The notes: generated from the sequence alone by a model not told the origin. Counted from the first letter of the stretch, positions 8,942 to 19,084 are shown. The stretch: DNA of 52,413 nucleotides from Methylococcales bacterium (GCA_028713145.1 JAQTOT010000001.1:1-52413); one strand, 5' to 3'. Numbers and translations are program-made.

Positions 8942-10816
8942 ATGTTGACAAAAATTAGAGAAAAATCCCAAGGTGCTTTTGCAGGCGTGATTTTAACCGT
9001 CATTTGTGTCCCATTTGTTTTATGGGGAATTAACAACTACATCAACGATGGACAAGAATCCCCCGTTGCCTCTGTTGGCAAAAAAGATTTTTATCAACAC
9101 GATGTCACCAAAGCTGTCGAAAAGTACCGCCAAAGTTTAGGTGGTTTAGCCATCGACGAAGCCTCAATGAAATCACAAGCTCTAAGCAAACTCATCAAAG
9201 ACGAAGTGTTATTACAATACGTTCATCACAAAGGTTTAACCATCAGTGACGATGCAATTCGTGATTTTATTCATACGCTGCCTTATTTCCAAACTGATGG
9301 AAAATTCGATGAAGCCAAATATAAATCGATGCTCTCGTCGCAACGCATGTCTTCGCCTGAATTTGTCAGCCAAATTAAAAATGCGCTAGTCATGGAACAA
9401 TTCCAAAAAAGCGTTTTAGAAAGTAGTTTTGCCACGCCCTACGATTTAGAGCGTGTATTTAAAATCCAAAATCAACAACGTGATGTTGAATACGTTACCG
9501 TTCCTGTTGCAGCTTCAACGCAAACACCAAGCGATGATGCTATCAAAACATATTACGACGCACATCAAACGCAATTCCAAGTTCCAGAACAAATGTCCGT
9601 GGAATATATCGAATTGACGCTTGAAGATTTAGCGAAAACAGTTGAAGTCACTGACGAAAAAGTCAAAGCCTTTTATGAAGAGCAAAAAGCGCAATACTCA
9701 ACACCTGAACGTCGCAGAGTTGCTCACATTTTGTTTGAAATCAATGACAAACAAGACGAGAAAACAGCGTTAGAAAAAGCGACTAAAACTAAAGCCGATT
9801 TAGCGAGCAAAGATTTTGCAACACTTGCAAAAGAATTGTCTGACGACAAAGTCACAGGCAAAGACGGCGGCGATTTAGGTTTATTTAGCGCGGGCGTAAT
9901 GGAAAAAGATTTCGATAACGCCGCCATCGCGTTAAAACAAGGTGAAATTTCTGCACCTGTCAAATCACAATTTGGTTATCACTTAATTAAAGTAATCGAA
10001 TTAACGCCTGAACAAATCAAACCGTTTGAAAGTGTAAAAGCCGAAGTCACAAAGGCATATCAAAAATCGCAAGCTGAAAATTTGTTTTATCAACAAGGCG
10101 AAGTGTTGACCGAATCGGCTTATCAAAATTCGGACAATCTGCAAGCTAGCGCGTCGCAACTTAATTTAACGATTAAAAAAACAGGTCTTTTCACTAAAAT
10201 GCAAGGCGAAGGCATTGCTGCCGAAGAAAAAATTCGCAATGCAGCGTTTAGCGATGAAGTTTTAAATGGTACGAACAGCACGCCAATTGAAGTGAGCAAT
10301 GACCATTTAGTTGTTTTACGAATGCTTGAACACAAAGCGGCAGAAAATAAACCACTTGAACAAGTCAAACCTGAAATTGTGAAAGCGGTGCAACTCGAAC
10401 AAGCGCAGCAAAAAGCGATTGAAACAGCGAAAGAAATTAAAACAAAGTTACTCGCAGGTGAAACGTTGACAAAAGTTGCGGCTGATTACAAATTGCCTGT
10501 GAAAAAAGAAGTCGGTTTAACACGCATGAAAAAAGATTTTAATGTCTTTTTAAATGAAGCGATTTTTAAAGCGGCAAAACCTGTGAGTGATAAACCGAGT
10601 ATTTTCACCGTCGGTTTAGCTTCGCATGAACAAGTTGTTGTCAGTTTAACCAAAGTGCAAGAAGGCACTATGACTGAAGATGACAAGAAAAAAATAGAAT
10701 TGGCAAAGAAGAACATCTCAAAAGCGGTTGGGGACAGCGAATTCAACTCGCTAATTAACACGCTCGAAGATGACGCTGATGTTGAAATCAATCTGCCTGC
10801 AACCGCCGCACAATAA
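8942..10816 (+). CDS. ppiD: periplasmic chaperone / peptidyl-prolyl isomerase PpiD
   Basis: 624 aa. N-terminal TM anchor, central parvulin domain (GGDLGLFSAGVMEKDFDNAA...FGYHLIKV), and the conserved lon-hupB-ppiD synteny. Confidence 0.9.
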   Translation: MLTKIREKSQGAFAGVILTVICVPFVLWGINNYINDGQESPVASVGKKDFYQHDVTKAVEKYRQSLGGLAIDEASMKSQALSKLIKDEVLLQYVHHKGLTISDDAIRDFIHTLPYFQTDGKFDEAKYKSMLSSQRMSSPEFVSQIKNALVMEQFQKSVLESSFATPYDLERVFKIQNQQRDVEYVTVPVAASTQTPSDDAIKTYYDAHQTQFQVPEQMSVEYIELTLEDLAKTVEVTDEKVKAFYEEQKAQYSTPERRRVAHILFEINDKQDEKTALEKATKTKADLASKDFATLAKELSDDKVTGKDGGDLGLFSAGVMEKDFDNAAIALKQGEISAPVKSQFGYHLIKVIELTPEQIKPFESVKAEVTKAYQKSQAENLFYQQGEVLTESAYQNSDNLQASASQLNLTIKKTGLFTKMQGEGIAAEEKIRNAAFSDEVLNGTNSTPIEVSNDHLVVLRMLEHKAAENKPLEQVKPEIVKAVQLEQAQQKAIETAKEIKTKLLAGETLTKVAADYKLPVKKEVGLTRMKKDFNVFLNEAIFKAAKPVSDKPSIFTVGLASHEQVVVSLTKVQEGTMTEDDKKKIELAKKNISKAVGDSEFNSLINTLEDDADVEINLPATAAQ

Positions 10817-10831
10817 CTGTTGATTTTTTAG

Positions 10832-12088
10832 GTGAGTGTTTTGAATCTCAATAAAAACGTTACCCTCGAAATCAAACCGTTTTTGCGCTGGTGGGCGCGT
10901 GAATTGACGTTTTTGGTGCCAACTAAAATTCGCCAATTTTTTCACTCGCCGCAAGCGGCAATTATTGTGCGTTCAAATGGCGAGCAATTCGAACTCCGCT
11001 ATGAAATCAACGGAGAGCAAAAACATTTAGCTACCGTTGCGCGAGATATTTCAAAAGCGGCGGCTGTAAAAAATTTGCTTGCTGACGAACGATTTAAAAA
11101 TGCCATTTTTGTGTTGCGCTTATCGAATGCAGACGCGCTTTCAAAAACGGTCAATTTGCCGCTTGCCGCGCAAGCGAATGTGGCGCAAGTGGTCAGTTAT
11201 GAACTTGACCGTTACAGTCCGTTTAAAGCCGAACAAGTGTATTTTGCGACGCGCATTGAACGCATCGATACCGAAGCCGCGCAAATTGTTGTTCAACTGC
11301 TTCTCACTCCGAAAAAAATTCTTGAAAATCTTTATAGCGATTGCCAATTGTTAGGCATTACGCCGTCTGTTGTTGATGTCGAAAATTCCTCAAATGATTT
11401 GCAAAATCTGCATTCTGCTTACAACCTCCTTCCTTCTCATTTACAGCCCAAAGTCAAAAATACCTCGCGCTGGATAATTGGCGGATTATTGACGCTACTG
11501 ATTTTGCTAAGTCTTTCAAGTTTAATTTTGCCTGTATGGCTCGAATATCAAGCTGTTGAAGAGCTGCAAAACAAAATTTCAAAAATCGACAAAGAAGTCA
11601 AAGCTGTCAAAAACCTACAAGCAGAAATGGATTCGTTGCGCGAAGAAACGCAATTACTGATTAACGAAAAAACCGCCGCACCATCTGTTGTCGTAATACT
11701 CAATGAAATCAGCGCGTTAATGCAAGATGATAGCTGGCTTTCCTATTTGCAATACAGCGATGGGCAAGTGCAATTACAAGGCGAATCACAAGCGGCATCT
11801 AATTTGCTAGCAGACTTGGAAGCGTCAGATTATTTTGCCAAAGTCAGTTTTGCCTCGCCTGTGACGCAAGACAAAGCAAGCGGCTTGGAGCGTTTTCAAA
11901 TTACAGCTGAAATAACCAAACCAGATAATCCTGAAAACAGTGACGCGATAACCGACACAACTGCGGAGTCAACAAGTGAATCTAGTAAAGAGGTTAGCGA
12001 CGATTCGCCTGTTGAAACGACAGTTGAAGACGTAACAACTGAAGAAGTGGTGACTGAAAATGGTACTCCAGAAGAACAACCAAAATGA
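10832..12088 (+). CDS. gspL: GspL/PilM-PilN-like type II secretion assembly protein
   Basis: 418 aa. Cytoplasmic actin-like part (VVSYELDRYSPF), one TM (WIIGGLLTLLILLSLSSLILPVW), a periplasmic PilN-like ferredoxin fold region and an acidic S/T/E tail. The start is uncertain: GTG 10832, or TTG 10841, which follows SD AGGTGA. Confidence 0.65.
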   Translation: MSVLNLNKNVTLEIKPFLRWWARELTFLVPTKIRQFFHSPQAAIIVRSNGEQFELRYEINGEQKHLATVARDISKAAAVKNLLADERFKNAIFVLRLSNADALSKTVNLPLAAQANVAQVVSYELDRYSPFKAEQVYFATRIERIDTEAAQIVVQLLLTPKKILENLYSDCQLLGITPSVVDVENSSNDLQNLHSAYNLLPSHLQPKVKNTSRWIIGGLLTLLILLSLSSLILPVWLEYQAVEELQNKISKIDKEVKAVKNLQAEMDSLREETQLLINEKTAAPSVVVILNEISALMQDDSWLSYLQYSDGQVQLQGESQAASNLLADLEASDYFAKVSFASPVTQDKASGLERFQITAEITKPDNPENSDAITDTTAESTSESSKEVSDDSPVETTVEDVTTEEVVTENGTPEEQPK

Positions 12089-12647
12089 TCGCTTTTTAGC
12101 GGTCGGTTTATTGCTTGGTGTGATTGGATTTATTAGTTTTGTAATTATTATGCCGTTGGTAAATCAAGGACTTGCGTTGAATGAAGAAAAAAATGCGCTA
12201 GGTTTTCGTTTTGAACAATACGAGCGTATTTTGTCGCGCAAACAAAGCGTGATTGATGAAATGGAAAATCTGAAATCGCAAATTGCCGAGCAAAATTATT
12301 TAAGCACTCAAAATACGACTGCGTTAGCGTCTGCTGAGTTGCAGGAAATGATTAAGCAAGCGATTAACGATGCTGGTGGACAGCTTAGCAGTACGCAAGG
12401 TTTGCCTGTTGTGACAAAAAATAATTTTCAACGCATCCCCATTAACGTTCGCATGACGGGAAATAGCGAAGTTTTACGCGCCGTTTTGCATAAAATTGAA
12501 ACGTCCGCCCCGCTTGTTGTGATTGAACAAATCGATATTCGTCCGATGCGCGGTGTGCGAAATAAAGTCACGCATCAAATCGACCCGAGCAATGAACTAA
12601 GCGTGAATTTTCAAGCGGTTAGTTTTATGAAAAAACCTGCGGCATGA
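12060..12647 (+). CDS. gspM: GspM-like type II secretion protein
   Basis: 195 aa. N-terminal TM, then a coiled region plus a ferredoxin-like periplasmic domain (IPINVRMTGNSEVLRAVLHKIETS). Overlaps the gspL end by 29 nt. Confidence 0.6.
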   Translation: MVLQKNNQNDRFLAVGLLLGVIGFISFVIIMPLVNQGLALNEEKNALGFRFEQYERILSRKQSVIDEMENLKSQIAEQNYLSTQNTTALASAELQEMIKQAINDAGGQLSSTQGLPVVTKNNFQRIPINVRMTGNSEVLRAVLHKIETSAPLVVIEQIDIRPMRGVRNKVTHQIDPSNELSVNFQAVSFMKKPAA

Positions 12648-13327
12648 ATCGACCAACACTTTTTGCATTGATTGTTTTAAACGCGCTACTCGTTTTTGTT
12701 TTAGCGGGCGAGTGGTTTGCAGGCAATGAAACAACTGATGCTGTGCAATCCGAAGTAAAAACCGTTGAAACACAAGACGAAGAATTGCCAAGTTTGGATT
12801 TAGAAGCGAAAAGCGAAGAGGAATACAGCGATTTAGTGGAGCGTCCATTGTTTATCAAAGGTCGCAAACCTGTCGCAGAGCCTGAAGCGGAAAACGCACC
12901 TGTTGCTGAAGTTAAAAGGAATGAAGCGTTTGTGTGGAATTTGACAGGTGTTTTTTCAACGCCCAAAGGCGTAACGGCATTTTTTAGCCGCATCAATGGC
13001 AAAGTCGAAAAAGACAATTACCGCAAACTTAAATTAGGTGATGCACTTGATGGCTGGAAATTAACTGAAATTTATCCCGATAAAGTCACCTTCACGCAAA
13101 CAGGTGAAACGAAAAATTTGTCGTTGCGAAAAGCCAAACCTAAAAATTTACCTCCAACGCCTGCTGTTCCTGTTGCTAGCGCAAATCAGCGTCAGCCCCC
13201 GCGTCCAGAAGTTGCTCAACTCGCCGTTCCAGCGCAAGGAATGCCTGCACCCGTTTTGCAAACGCCAGAAACTGTGCAGCTGCCTGAGCAACCTGTCGAT
13301 GAAACAGAGACAGCCGCGCAGCAATAA
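12644..13327 (+). CDS. GspC/XpsN/PilP-like secretin-interacting protein with a Pro-rich tail
   Basis: 227 aa. ATGA overlap with gspM, N-terminal TM, ERPLFIKGRKP motif, a beta-rich HR-like domain (WNLTGVF...GWKLTEIYPDKVTF) and a P/Q-rich C-terminus. Confidence 0.5.
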   Translation: MNRPTLFALIVLNALLVFVLAGEWFAGNETTDAVQSEVKTVETQDEELPSLDLEAKSEEEYSDLVERPLFIKGRKPVAEPEAENAPVAEVKRNEAFVWNLTGVFSTPKGVTAFFSRINGKVEKDNYRKLKLGDALDGWKLTEIYPDKVTFTQTGETKNLSLRKAKPKNLPPTPAVPVASANQRQPPRPEVAQLAVPAQGMPAPVLQTPETVQLPEQPVDETETAAQQ

Positions 13328-13362
13328 AACCATTTAGTTGAACCTAAAGACAGAAAAATACA

Positions 13363-15534
13363 ATGAATTCCACTCAAAATACACTTGCATTAACTGCTGC
13401 AATTTTAAGTTTAGCGACCTTATCAGGTTGCGAATTGCTCAATCCGCAACGTCCGAAATTGCCGATTACGTCACACTTGCTAATGCCAAGCGAAACGATA
13501 CCGCAATTGCAAAATAAACCGACGGGAAATGAAGCACAAAAGCCGAAAAGTGAGTTGTATCCCAGTTCGGATTACGCCGTACCTGCTGCACATGAACAAG
13601 CCATGCAAAATGCCAGGCCGCGTGGTAAAGGCGAATTTAGTTTGAATTTTGACGAAGCCGATTTGGGCGAAGTGGCTAAAGTTGTTTTGAGTGATATTTT
13701 GGGACAAAACTATGTTCTTAGCCCAAAAGTGGCAGGAAAAGTGACGTTGCAAACCACCCATGCGTTGAGTAAAGAAGAATTATTGCCGACGCTTGAAATG
13801 GTATTGAGTATGAATAATGCAGCACTCGTGAAAGATGGCGATATTTATCACATTGAACCATTAAATGAAGCGTTATATAGCGCGAATTTTAGTGGTAATC
13901 GTGGTGGCAAAGCGGGTTATCAAATGCGCGTGATTCCTGTTAAAAATGTTGCCGCAGACAATGTGGCTGAGTTAATCAAACCGTTGTTGCAAGATAAAAC
14001 ATTGCTGACCGTTGACGGGAAACGTAATTTACTGGTCGTTTCAGGGGCGGCAGATGAACTTGCACGAATCATGGATATGGTAAATACCTTCGACGTGGAT
14101 ATTTTAAAAGGTCGGTCATTTGCGCTTTTTCCACTTGCTCACGTTGATGCGGAAACATTGATTAAAGAACTCAACGAAGTTTTTTTGAAAAAAGCCAAAA
14201 ATGATGAAGAACAATTTTTCCGTTTTATTCCGATTGAACGTTTGAATGCCGTGTTAGCGATTACGCATCAAGCGCGTTATTTGCGCGATATTGAACAATG
14301 GGTAACACGTTTAGACAAAGCCAACTCGACAACAGGCGGTGGTGTAAATGTATATAAAGTCCAACATGTTGATGCGCTTGAATTAGCTGATACCTTAAAT
14401 GATATTTTTGGCAACGGCAGTAATTCACAAAATCGTAATCGTTCGCCTCGATTAGCAGGCGGTAGAAAGGCAGGCGAAACGACCAATAAAACAAACGACA
14501 AGTTAAATAATAAACCGACAACGGCTACAACAAATCAAAATCAACAACACCCAAACACCACAGGAAATACGGGCGATGCAAAGGTTTCTAATGTAGGCGA
14601 TGTGCGAATTATTGCCGATGAAGCGAATAATTCAGTCATTATCGTGGCGACAGCGCAAGAATATGAAATTATTCGCCCAGTGATTTCACAATTAGACGTA
14701 ATGCCGTTGCAGGTTTTAGTTGATGCAACAATTGTCGAAGTGACTCTGACGGATTCTTTAAAATACGGATTGCAATGGTATTTTAATCACAGCAACGGTG
14801 GTTCAAATTCTCTCAATAGCAATGCGTTGGGTACACTTTCAACGGAAACAATTGCCAATGCGGCTGTTGAAGCTGCAAAAGGGGGCTTTGGTTATTCCTT
14901 TTTGAGTAATTCGAGTGATATTGGCGCGATTTTAAACGCTCAAGCAAGCAATAATAATGTGAATGTCATTTCATCACCGTCGCTCATGGTTTTGAATAAT
15001 CAAGAAGCGAGCATTCAAGTTGGGGAAGAGATTTCGTTATCAACAGGCACGTTTGGGGTTGCTGGTGTCACGAATGGTGTTGGAAATAGCACTACGCCAT
15101 TGACGCAAAATCAGCAACGCAAAACGGGGGTGAAACTGAAAATTAAACCGCGTGTTAATGCAAATGGTTTGGTAACGATGGATGTTACTCAAAGTGTTGA
15201 AGATGTTGCGGATAGCATTAAAAACGGTGAAGTTAATCCACGCATTTCAACACGCGAAATTGAAAGCTCAATCGTGATTCAAAGTGGTGAATCCATTGTT
15301 TTGGGTGGTTTGATTAAAGATAAAAATACCGATGGCGCAGGCGGTATTCCCGTTTTGCACGAAATTCCCGTTTTAGGACCTTTATTTGGCAATAAAACAA
15401 AAGAAGGTAATAAAATCGAACTCGTCGTGTTAATCACGCCGCGCGTCGTAAAAAGTCGCCAAGATGCAAGTTTAATTACCAATGAATTTAAACGTAAATT
15501 AAGTGGTATTTATGAAGATTTACCTTTGAATTAA
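13363..15534 (+). CDS. gspD: type II secretion secretin (GspD/XpsD-like), lipoprotein form
   Basis: 723 aa. Lipobox LATLSGC, N0-N3 domain repeats (VIPVKNVAADNVAELIKPLL, YKVQHVDALELADTLNDIF, VRIIADEANNSVIIVA) and a C-terminal secretin domain (GIPVLHEIPVLGPLFG). Confidence 0.88.
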   Translation: MNSTQNTLALTAAILSLATLSGCELLNPQRPKLPITSHLLMPSETIPQLQNKPTGNEAQKPKSELYPSSDYAVPAAHEQAMQNARPRGKGEFSLNFDEADLGEVAKVVLSDILGQNYVLSPKVAGKVTLQTTHALSKEELLPTLEMVLSMNNAALVKDGDIYHIEPLNEALYSANFSGNRGGKAGYQMRVIPVKNVAADNVAELIKPLLQDKTLLTVDGKRNLLVVSGAADELARIMDMVNTFDVDILKGRSFALFPLAHVDAETLIKELNEVFLKKAKNDEEQFFRFIPIERLNAVLAITHQARYLRDIEQWVTRLDKANSTTGGGVNVYKVQHVDALELADTLNDIFGNGSNSQNRNRSPRLAGGRKAGETTNKTNDKLNNKPTTATTNQNQQHPNTTGNTGDAKVSNVGDVRIIADEANNSVIIVATAQEYEIIRPVISQLDVMPLQVLVDATIVEVTLTDSLKYGLQWYFNHSNGGSNSLNSNALGTLSTETIANAAVEAAKGGFGYSFLSNSSDIGAILNAQASNNNVNVISSPSLMVLNNQEASIQVGEEISLSTGTFGVAGVTNGVGNSTTPLTQNQQRKTGVKLKIKPRVNANGLVTMDVTQSVEDVADSIKNGEVNPRISTREIESSIVIQSGESIVLGGLIKDKNTDGAGGIPVLHEIPVLGPLFGNKTKEGNKIELVVLITPRVVKSRQDASLITNEFKRKLSGIYEDLPLN

Positions 15535-15544
15535 AACGTTTCGC

Positions 15545-15591
15545 AAAAAAAAGCCACGAACCGCATTGCAATCGTGGCTTTTAACTTTTTT
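15545..15591. terminator. bidirectional rho-independent terminator (gspD and the convergent small gene)
   Basis: agccacga / tcgtggct stem flanked by A8 and a T-rich run. Confidence 0.8.
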
Positions 15592-15600
15592 AACAATGAG

Positions 15601-15789
15601 TTACGCCGTCGTATCAATCGAACCACTTGTGCCACCACCAACGCTACCTGCTGATGGAATAGAAACGGCTGCAGCGGCTGAATTTGCGTCAACATCTGCC
15701 GAACCAATCTGAATGTTTGGCACTTGTGGTTGATTGATAGACTGAAGAACTTGTGCAATCGATGGGATTGCGGGGAGTATTCCAACCAT
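15601..15789 (-). CDS. stand-alone small protein (62 aa), hydrophobic N-terminus and Gly/Ser/Ala-rich C-terminus
   Basis: ATG at 15789 preceded by SD AGGTGA, 5 nt away. Terminators on both sides define a monocistronic unit. Sequence MVGILPAIPSIAQVL...SAGSVGGGTSGSIDTTA matches no family I recognise. Confidence 0.45.
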   Translation of the reverse strand: MVGILPAIPSIAQVLQSINQPQVPNIQIGSADVDANSAAAAVSIPSAGSVGGGTSGSIDTTA

Positions 15790-15906
15790 TTTATTCACCT
15801 TTGGGTTTTGTTTAGAACAAATCGATAACGCACTTTTCAAAATCACGCTTCACATTGTTTTTCGACAGCATTAAAGAATTCTGAAATTTTTCTCAATTTT
15901 CACGAA

Positions 15907-15944
15907 GAAAAAGCCCCATTTGAAAAGTTCAAACGGGGCTTTTT
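15907..15944. terminator. bidirectional rho-independent terminator downstream of the DUF29 gene
   Basis: agccccatttg / caaacggggct stem with one mismatch, flanked by an A-run and a T-run. Confidence 0.75.
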
Positions 15945-15968
15945 GTTTTCGAGGAGTACGAAAGATTT

Positions 15969-16415
15969 TTAGTTTTGCGGATAAAAATCCTTATCAAACA
16001 ATTGCTCTACCGAATATGGACAATTTGTTGGAAATACGGCGGATTTCAATCCCGTTTCTTCGATAGCCCATTCTCGTGCTTTGCTATAAATTTTATTCGC
16101 AGAATCATCAACCGTTCGTTTCAAACTTGGCGAATCATCTAATAAAAAAGAGAGTTGGGTTCGTTGTTCAATAATTGAAGATTTCCAACTATTGCTGCGC
16201 TGGTCGCTTTGAAATTGCCATTTTAGTAAATGGGCAATTAATGTTGTTAATCGACTTTTTAATTCGCGTGTATCACTTTTTCCCATGTCTTCTAGTTCCT
16301 CTATTAGGTGCGTATTGTCGATTTCATTTACTCGACCTGCTTTTAATAGAAAAATATGTTGTTGAATCCATGAATTAAAATCAGTGTTATAAAGGGCTTG
16401 TAATGTCGTATTCAT
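15969..16415 (-). CDS. DUF29 domain protein
   Basis: 148 aa. LYNTDFNSWIQQHIFLLKAGRVNEIDNTHLIEELEDMGKSDTRELKSRLTTLIAHLLKWQFQ matches the DUF29 family pattern as I recall it. Confidence 0.7.
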   Translation of the reverse strand: MNTTLQALYNTDFNSWIQQHIFLLKAGRVNEIDNTHLIEELEDMGKSDTRELKSRLTTLIAHLLKWQFQSDQRSNSWKSSIIEQRTQLSFLLDDSPSLKRTVDDSANKIYSKAREWAIEETGLKSAVFPTNCPYSVEQLFDKDFYPQN

Positions 16416-16483
16416 TTAAAAACATTTCTTTATGACAGGTTAAAAATTAAATGCTCTCAATACCTGTTTGTTCAATTTGAAAT

Positions 16484-16520
16484 TTCCACGCCTTATTTTT
16501 AGCAAAAATAAAGCGTGGAA
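16484..16520 (-). terminator. rho-independent terminator after dnaK
   Basis: Long hairpin ttccacgccttattttt-agc-aaaaataaagcgtggaa, 14 nt downstream of the dnaK stop. Confidence 0.65.
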
Positions 16521-16533
16521 AAATTTACGAATC

Positions 16534-18444
16534 TTACTTTTTCACCTCTTCAAAATCCGCATCAATCACGCCATCATCCGCAGGTTTTGCACTTTCAGCG
16601 TGTGCATGCCCCGCTTCTTCGCCACCTTCTTGAGCATAAGCACGTTCAGCTAATTTGCCAAACACTTCGCTTAATGCTTCAGATTTTGCTTCGATTGTCG
16701 CTTTATCATCGCCTTTCAATGCCTCTTTGACGGCTTCAATAGCTTTTTCAATGTCTACTTTTTCGTCAGCATGAACTTTTTCGCCTAAATCTTTTAACGA
16801 TTTTTCGGTCGCATGAACCAAACCATCTGCGTGATTTCTCGCCTGAACTAATTCCACCAATTTTTTGTCTTCTTCAGCATGTGCTTCGGCATCTTTTACC
16901 ATGCGTTCAACTTCTTCATCCGACAAACCACTTGATGCTTTAATCACAATCGATTGTTTTTTACCTGTCGCTTTGTCTTTTGCTGACACGTTCAAAATAC
17001 CGTTTGCGTCGATGTCGAAAGAAACTTCGATTTGTGGCACACCGCGTGGAGCTGGTGGAATATCACTTAAATCAAAGCGACCGAGTGATTTATTCGCATT
17101 CGCTTTTTCACGTTCACCTTGCAACACATGAATCGTTACTGCCGTTTGATTATCATCAGCCGTTGAGAAAACTTGCGATTTTTGCGTTGGAATCGTGGTG
17201 TTTTTCTCAATCAATTTGGTCAAAATCCCGCCCATTGTTTCGATACCGAGTGACAATGGAATTACGTCAAGTAATAAAACGTCTTTTACGTCGCCACCCA
17301 AAACGCCCGCTTGAATCGCTGCACCTAACGCAACGGCTTCGTCAGGATTTACGTCTTTGCGTGGTTCTTTGCCAAAAATATTTTTTACCATTTCTTGCAC
17401 TTTTGGCATACGGGTTTGACCGCCAACCAAAATGACATCGTTAATTTCAGCAGCCGAAACGCCTGCGTCTTTTAACGCCATTTCGCAAGGTGCTTTGGTG
17501 CGTAAAATCAATTCTTCAACTAGCGATTCTAATTTTGCGCGAGTTAATTTTACGTTTAAATGTTTTGGCCCTGTTGCATCAGCGGTGATGTAAGGCAAAT
17601 TCACGTCAGTTTGTTGGCTAGACGATAATTCGATTTTTGCTTTTTCAGCCGCTTCTTTTAAACGTTGCAATGCTAATGGGTCGTTGTGAACGTCAACGCC
17701 TGTGTCTTTTTTGAATTCTTCTGCTAAAAATTCAATGACGCGCGAATCGAAATCTTCACCACCTAAGAAAGTGTCACCGTTTGTCGCCAAAACTTCAAAT
17801 TGGTGTTCGCCGTCGATTTCTGCGATTTCGATAATTGAAATATCGAATGTACCACCACCTAAATCATAAACCGCGATTTTGGTGTCGCCTTTTGGTTTGT
17901 CCATGCCGAACGCTAACGCTGCCGCCGTTGGCTCGTTGATGATACGCAAAACCTCTAAACCTGCGATACGTCCTGCATCTTTTGTTGCTTGGCGTTGTGA
18001 GTCGTTGAAATACGCAGGAACGGTGATAACCGCTTGCGTGACTTCTTCACCTAAATACGCTTCAGCATCTTTTTTCATTTTCATCAAAACGCGAGCTGAA
18101 ATTTCAGGAGCCGCCATTTTTTTGCCATGAACATCCACCCAAGCGTCTCCATTATTCGCTTCAACGATTGAATAAGGCACCATTTTGATGTCTTTTTGTA
18201 CGGCTTCTTCTTTGAATTTACGACCAATTAAACGTTTAATCGCAAATAATGTATTTTTAGGGTTTGTAACAGCTTGACGTTTTGCTGATTGACCTACCAA
18301 CACTTCGTCGTCACTGCTGAACGCGATAATTGACGGGGTTGTTCTCGCGCCTTCGCTGTTTTCAATTACTTTAACTGCGCCATTTTCTAAAACAGCCACA
18401 CATGAATTGGTTGTACCTAAATCGATACCGATAATTTTTGCCAT
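16534..18444 (-). CDS. dnaK: molecular chaperone DnaK (Hsp70)
   Basis: 636 aa. [21 protein letters not shown], the full-length Hsp70 pattern and a C-terminal [10 protein letters not shown]. Confidence 0.98.
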   Translation of the reverse strand: MAKIIGIDLGTTNSCVAVLENGAVKVIENSEGARTTPSIIAFSSDDEVLVGQSAKRQAVTNPKNTLFAIKRLIGRKFKEEAVQKDIKMVPYSIVEANNGDAWVDVHGKKMAAPEISARVLMKMKKDAEAYLGEEVTQAVITVPAYFNDSQRQATKDAGRIAGLEVLRIINEPTAAALAFGMDKPKGDTKIAVYDLGGGTFDISIIEIAEIDGEHQFEVLATNGDTFLGGEDFDSRVIEFLAEEFKKDTGVDVHNDPLALQRLKEAAEKAKIELSSSQQTDVNLPYITADATGPKHLNVKLTRAKLESLVEELILRTKAPCEMALKDAGVSAAEINDVILVGGQTRMPKVQEMVKNIFGKEPRKDVNPDEAVALGAAIQAGVLGGDVKDVLLLDVIPLSLGIETMGGILTKLIEKNTTIPTQKSQVFSTADDNQTAVTIHVLQGEREKANANKSLGRFDLSDIPPAPRGVPQIEVSFDIDANGILNVSAKDKATGKKQSIVIKASSGLSDEEVERMVKDAEAHAEEDKKLVELVQARNHADGLVHATEKSLKDLGEKVHADEKVDIEKAIEAVKEALKGDDKATIEAKSEALSEVFGKLAERAYAQEGGEEAGHAHAESAKPADDGVIDADFEEVKK

Positions 18445-18486
18445 GAGGTTTTTACTCCAAAATAATTTTTTAAAAAGATGTTACAA

Positions 18487-18516
18487 ATGTAGGGTAGTTT
18501 TTTGTGATTTCAAGGG
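18487..18516 (-). promoter_or_regulatory. sigma32-type promoter for dnaK in the grpE-dnaK spacer
   Basis: Minus strand reads CCCTTGAAA-N13-CCCTACAT. Confidence 0.55.
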
Positions 18517-18517
18517 C

Positions 18518-19084
18518 TTATTCAGCAGCTTTTGCAACAACAACCATTGCAGGGCGTAGTAATCTCCCGTTCAACATATAACCTTTTTGGAATACATTGA
18601 CGATGGTGTTAGGTTCTGCACCTTCGACAAACATCATGCTGACAGCGTTATGTTGTTCAGGATTTAAAGGCAAACCGAGTGGGTCAATCGTGACAACATT
18701 ATTTTTTTCAAATGCCGCTTCAAATTGTTTAATTGTAAGTTCTGCGCCTTCGCGGAATTTTTTAACTTCGTCACTGTCGCCTGTGGCGAGTTGCAACCCC
18801 ATGAATAAGCTGTCTAAAACAGGCAATAATTCTTTTGCGAAACCTGAAACGGCATATTTACGCGCATCGTCAATGTCTTTGGTTGTGCGACGTTTTAAAT
18901 TTTCCATTTCAGCAAGCGTGCGTAACATTTTGTCATTTGCTTCTTCGGCGACCTTTTTGGTTTCAGCAAGTTCGGCTTTTAATTCGTCAAGCGTGTATTC
19001 GTGTTCGCCAACTTCGGTGTGCGTGGCGTGTAAATCAATTTCTTCTGCTTCTGGCGTTGCCAAATTTTCTTCTGCGTTACTCAT
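18518..19084 (-). CDS. grpE: nucleotide exchange factor GrpE
   Basis: 188 aa from ATG 19084 (MSNAEENL...). GrpE core (LRTLAEMENLKRRTTKD, GYMLNGRLLRPAMVVV). The longer ORF extension would run over the sigma32 promoter and into fbaA. Confidence 0.9.
   Translation of the reverse strand: MSNAEENLATPEAEEIDLHATHTEVGEHEYTLDELKAELAETKKVAEEANDKMLRTLAEMENLKRRTTKDIDDARKYAVSGFAKELLPVLDSLFMGLQLATGDSDEVKKFREGAELTIKQFEAAFEKNNVVTIDPLGLPLNPEQHNAVSMMFVEGAEPNTIVNVFQKGYMLNGRLLRPAMVVVAKAAE

Noticed and set aside
12625-13017. 130-aa minus-strand ORF inside the T2SS cluster
   Set aside because: It is antisense to the GspC/N-like gene, with low-complexity composition and no start context.
16865-17435. 88-aa and 151-aa plus-strand ORFs; similar antisense ORFs occur at 17879-18130, 18597-19088 and 18835-19104
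   Set aside because: They are antisense to the unambiguous dnaK and grpE genes and have no SD or family resemblance. Long antisense frames like these are typical of highly expressed genes.
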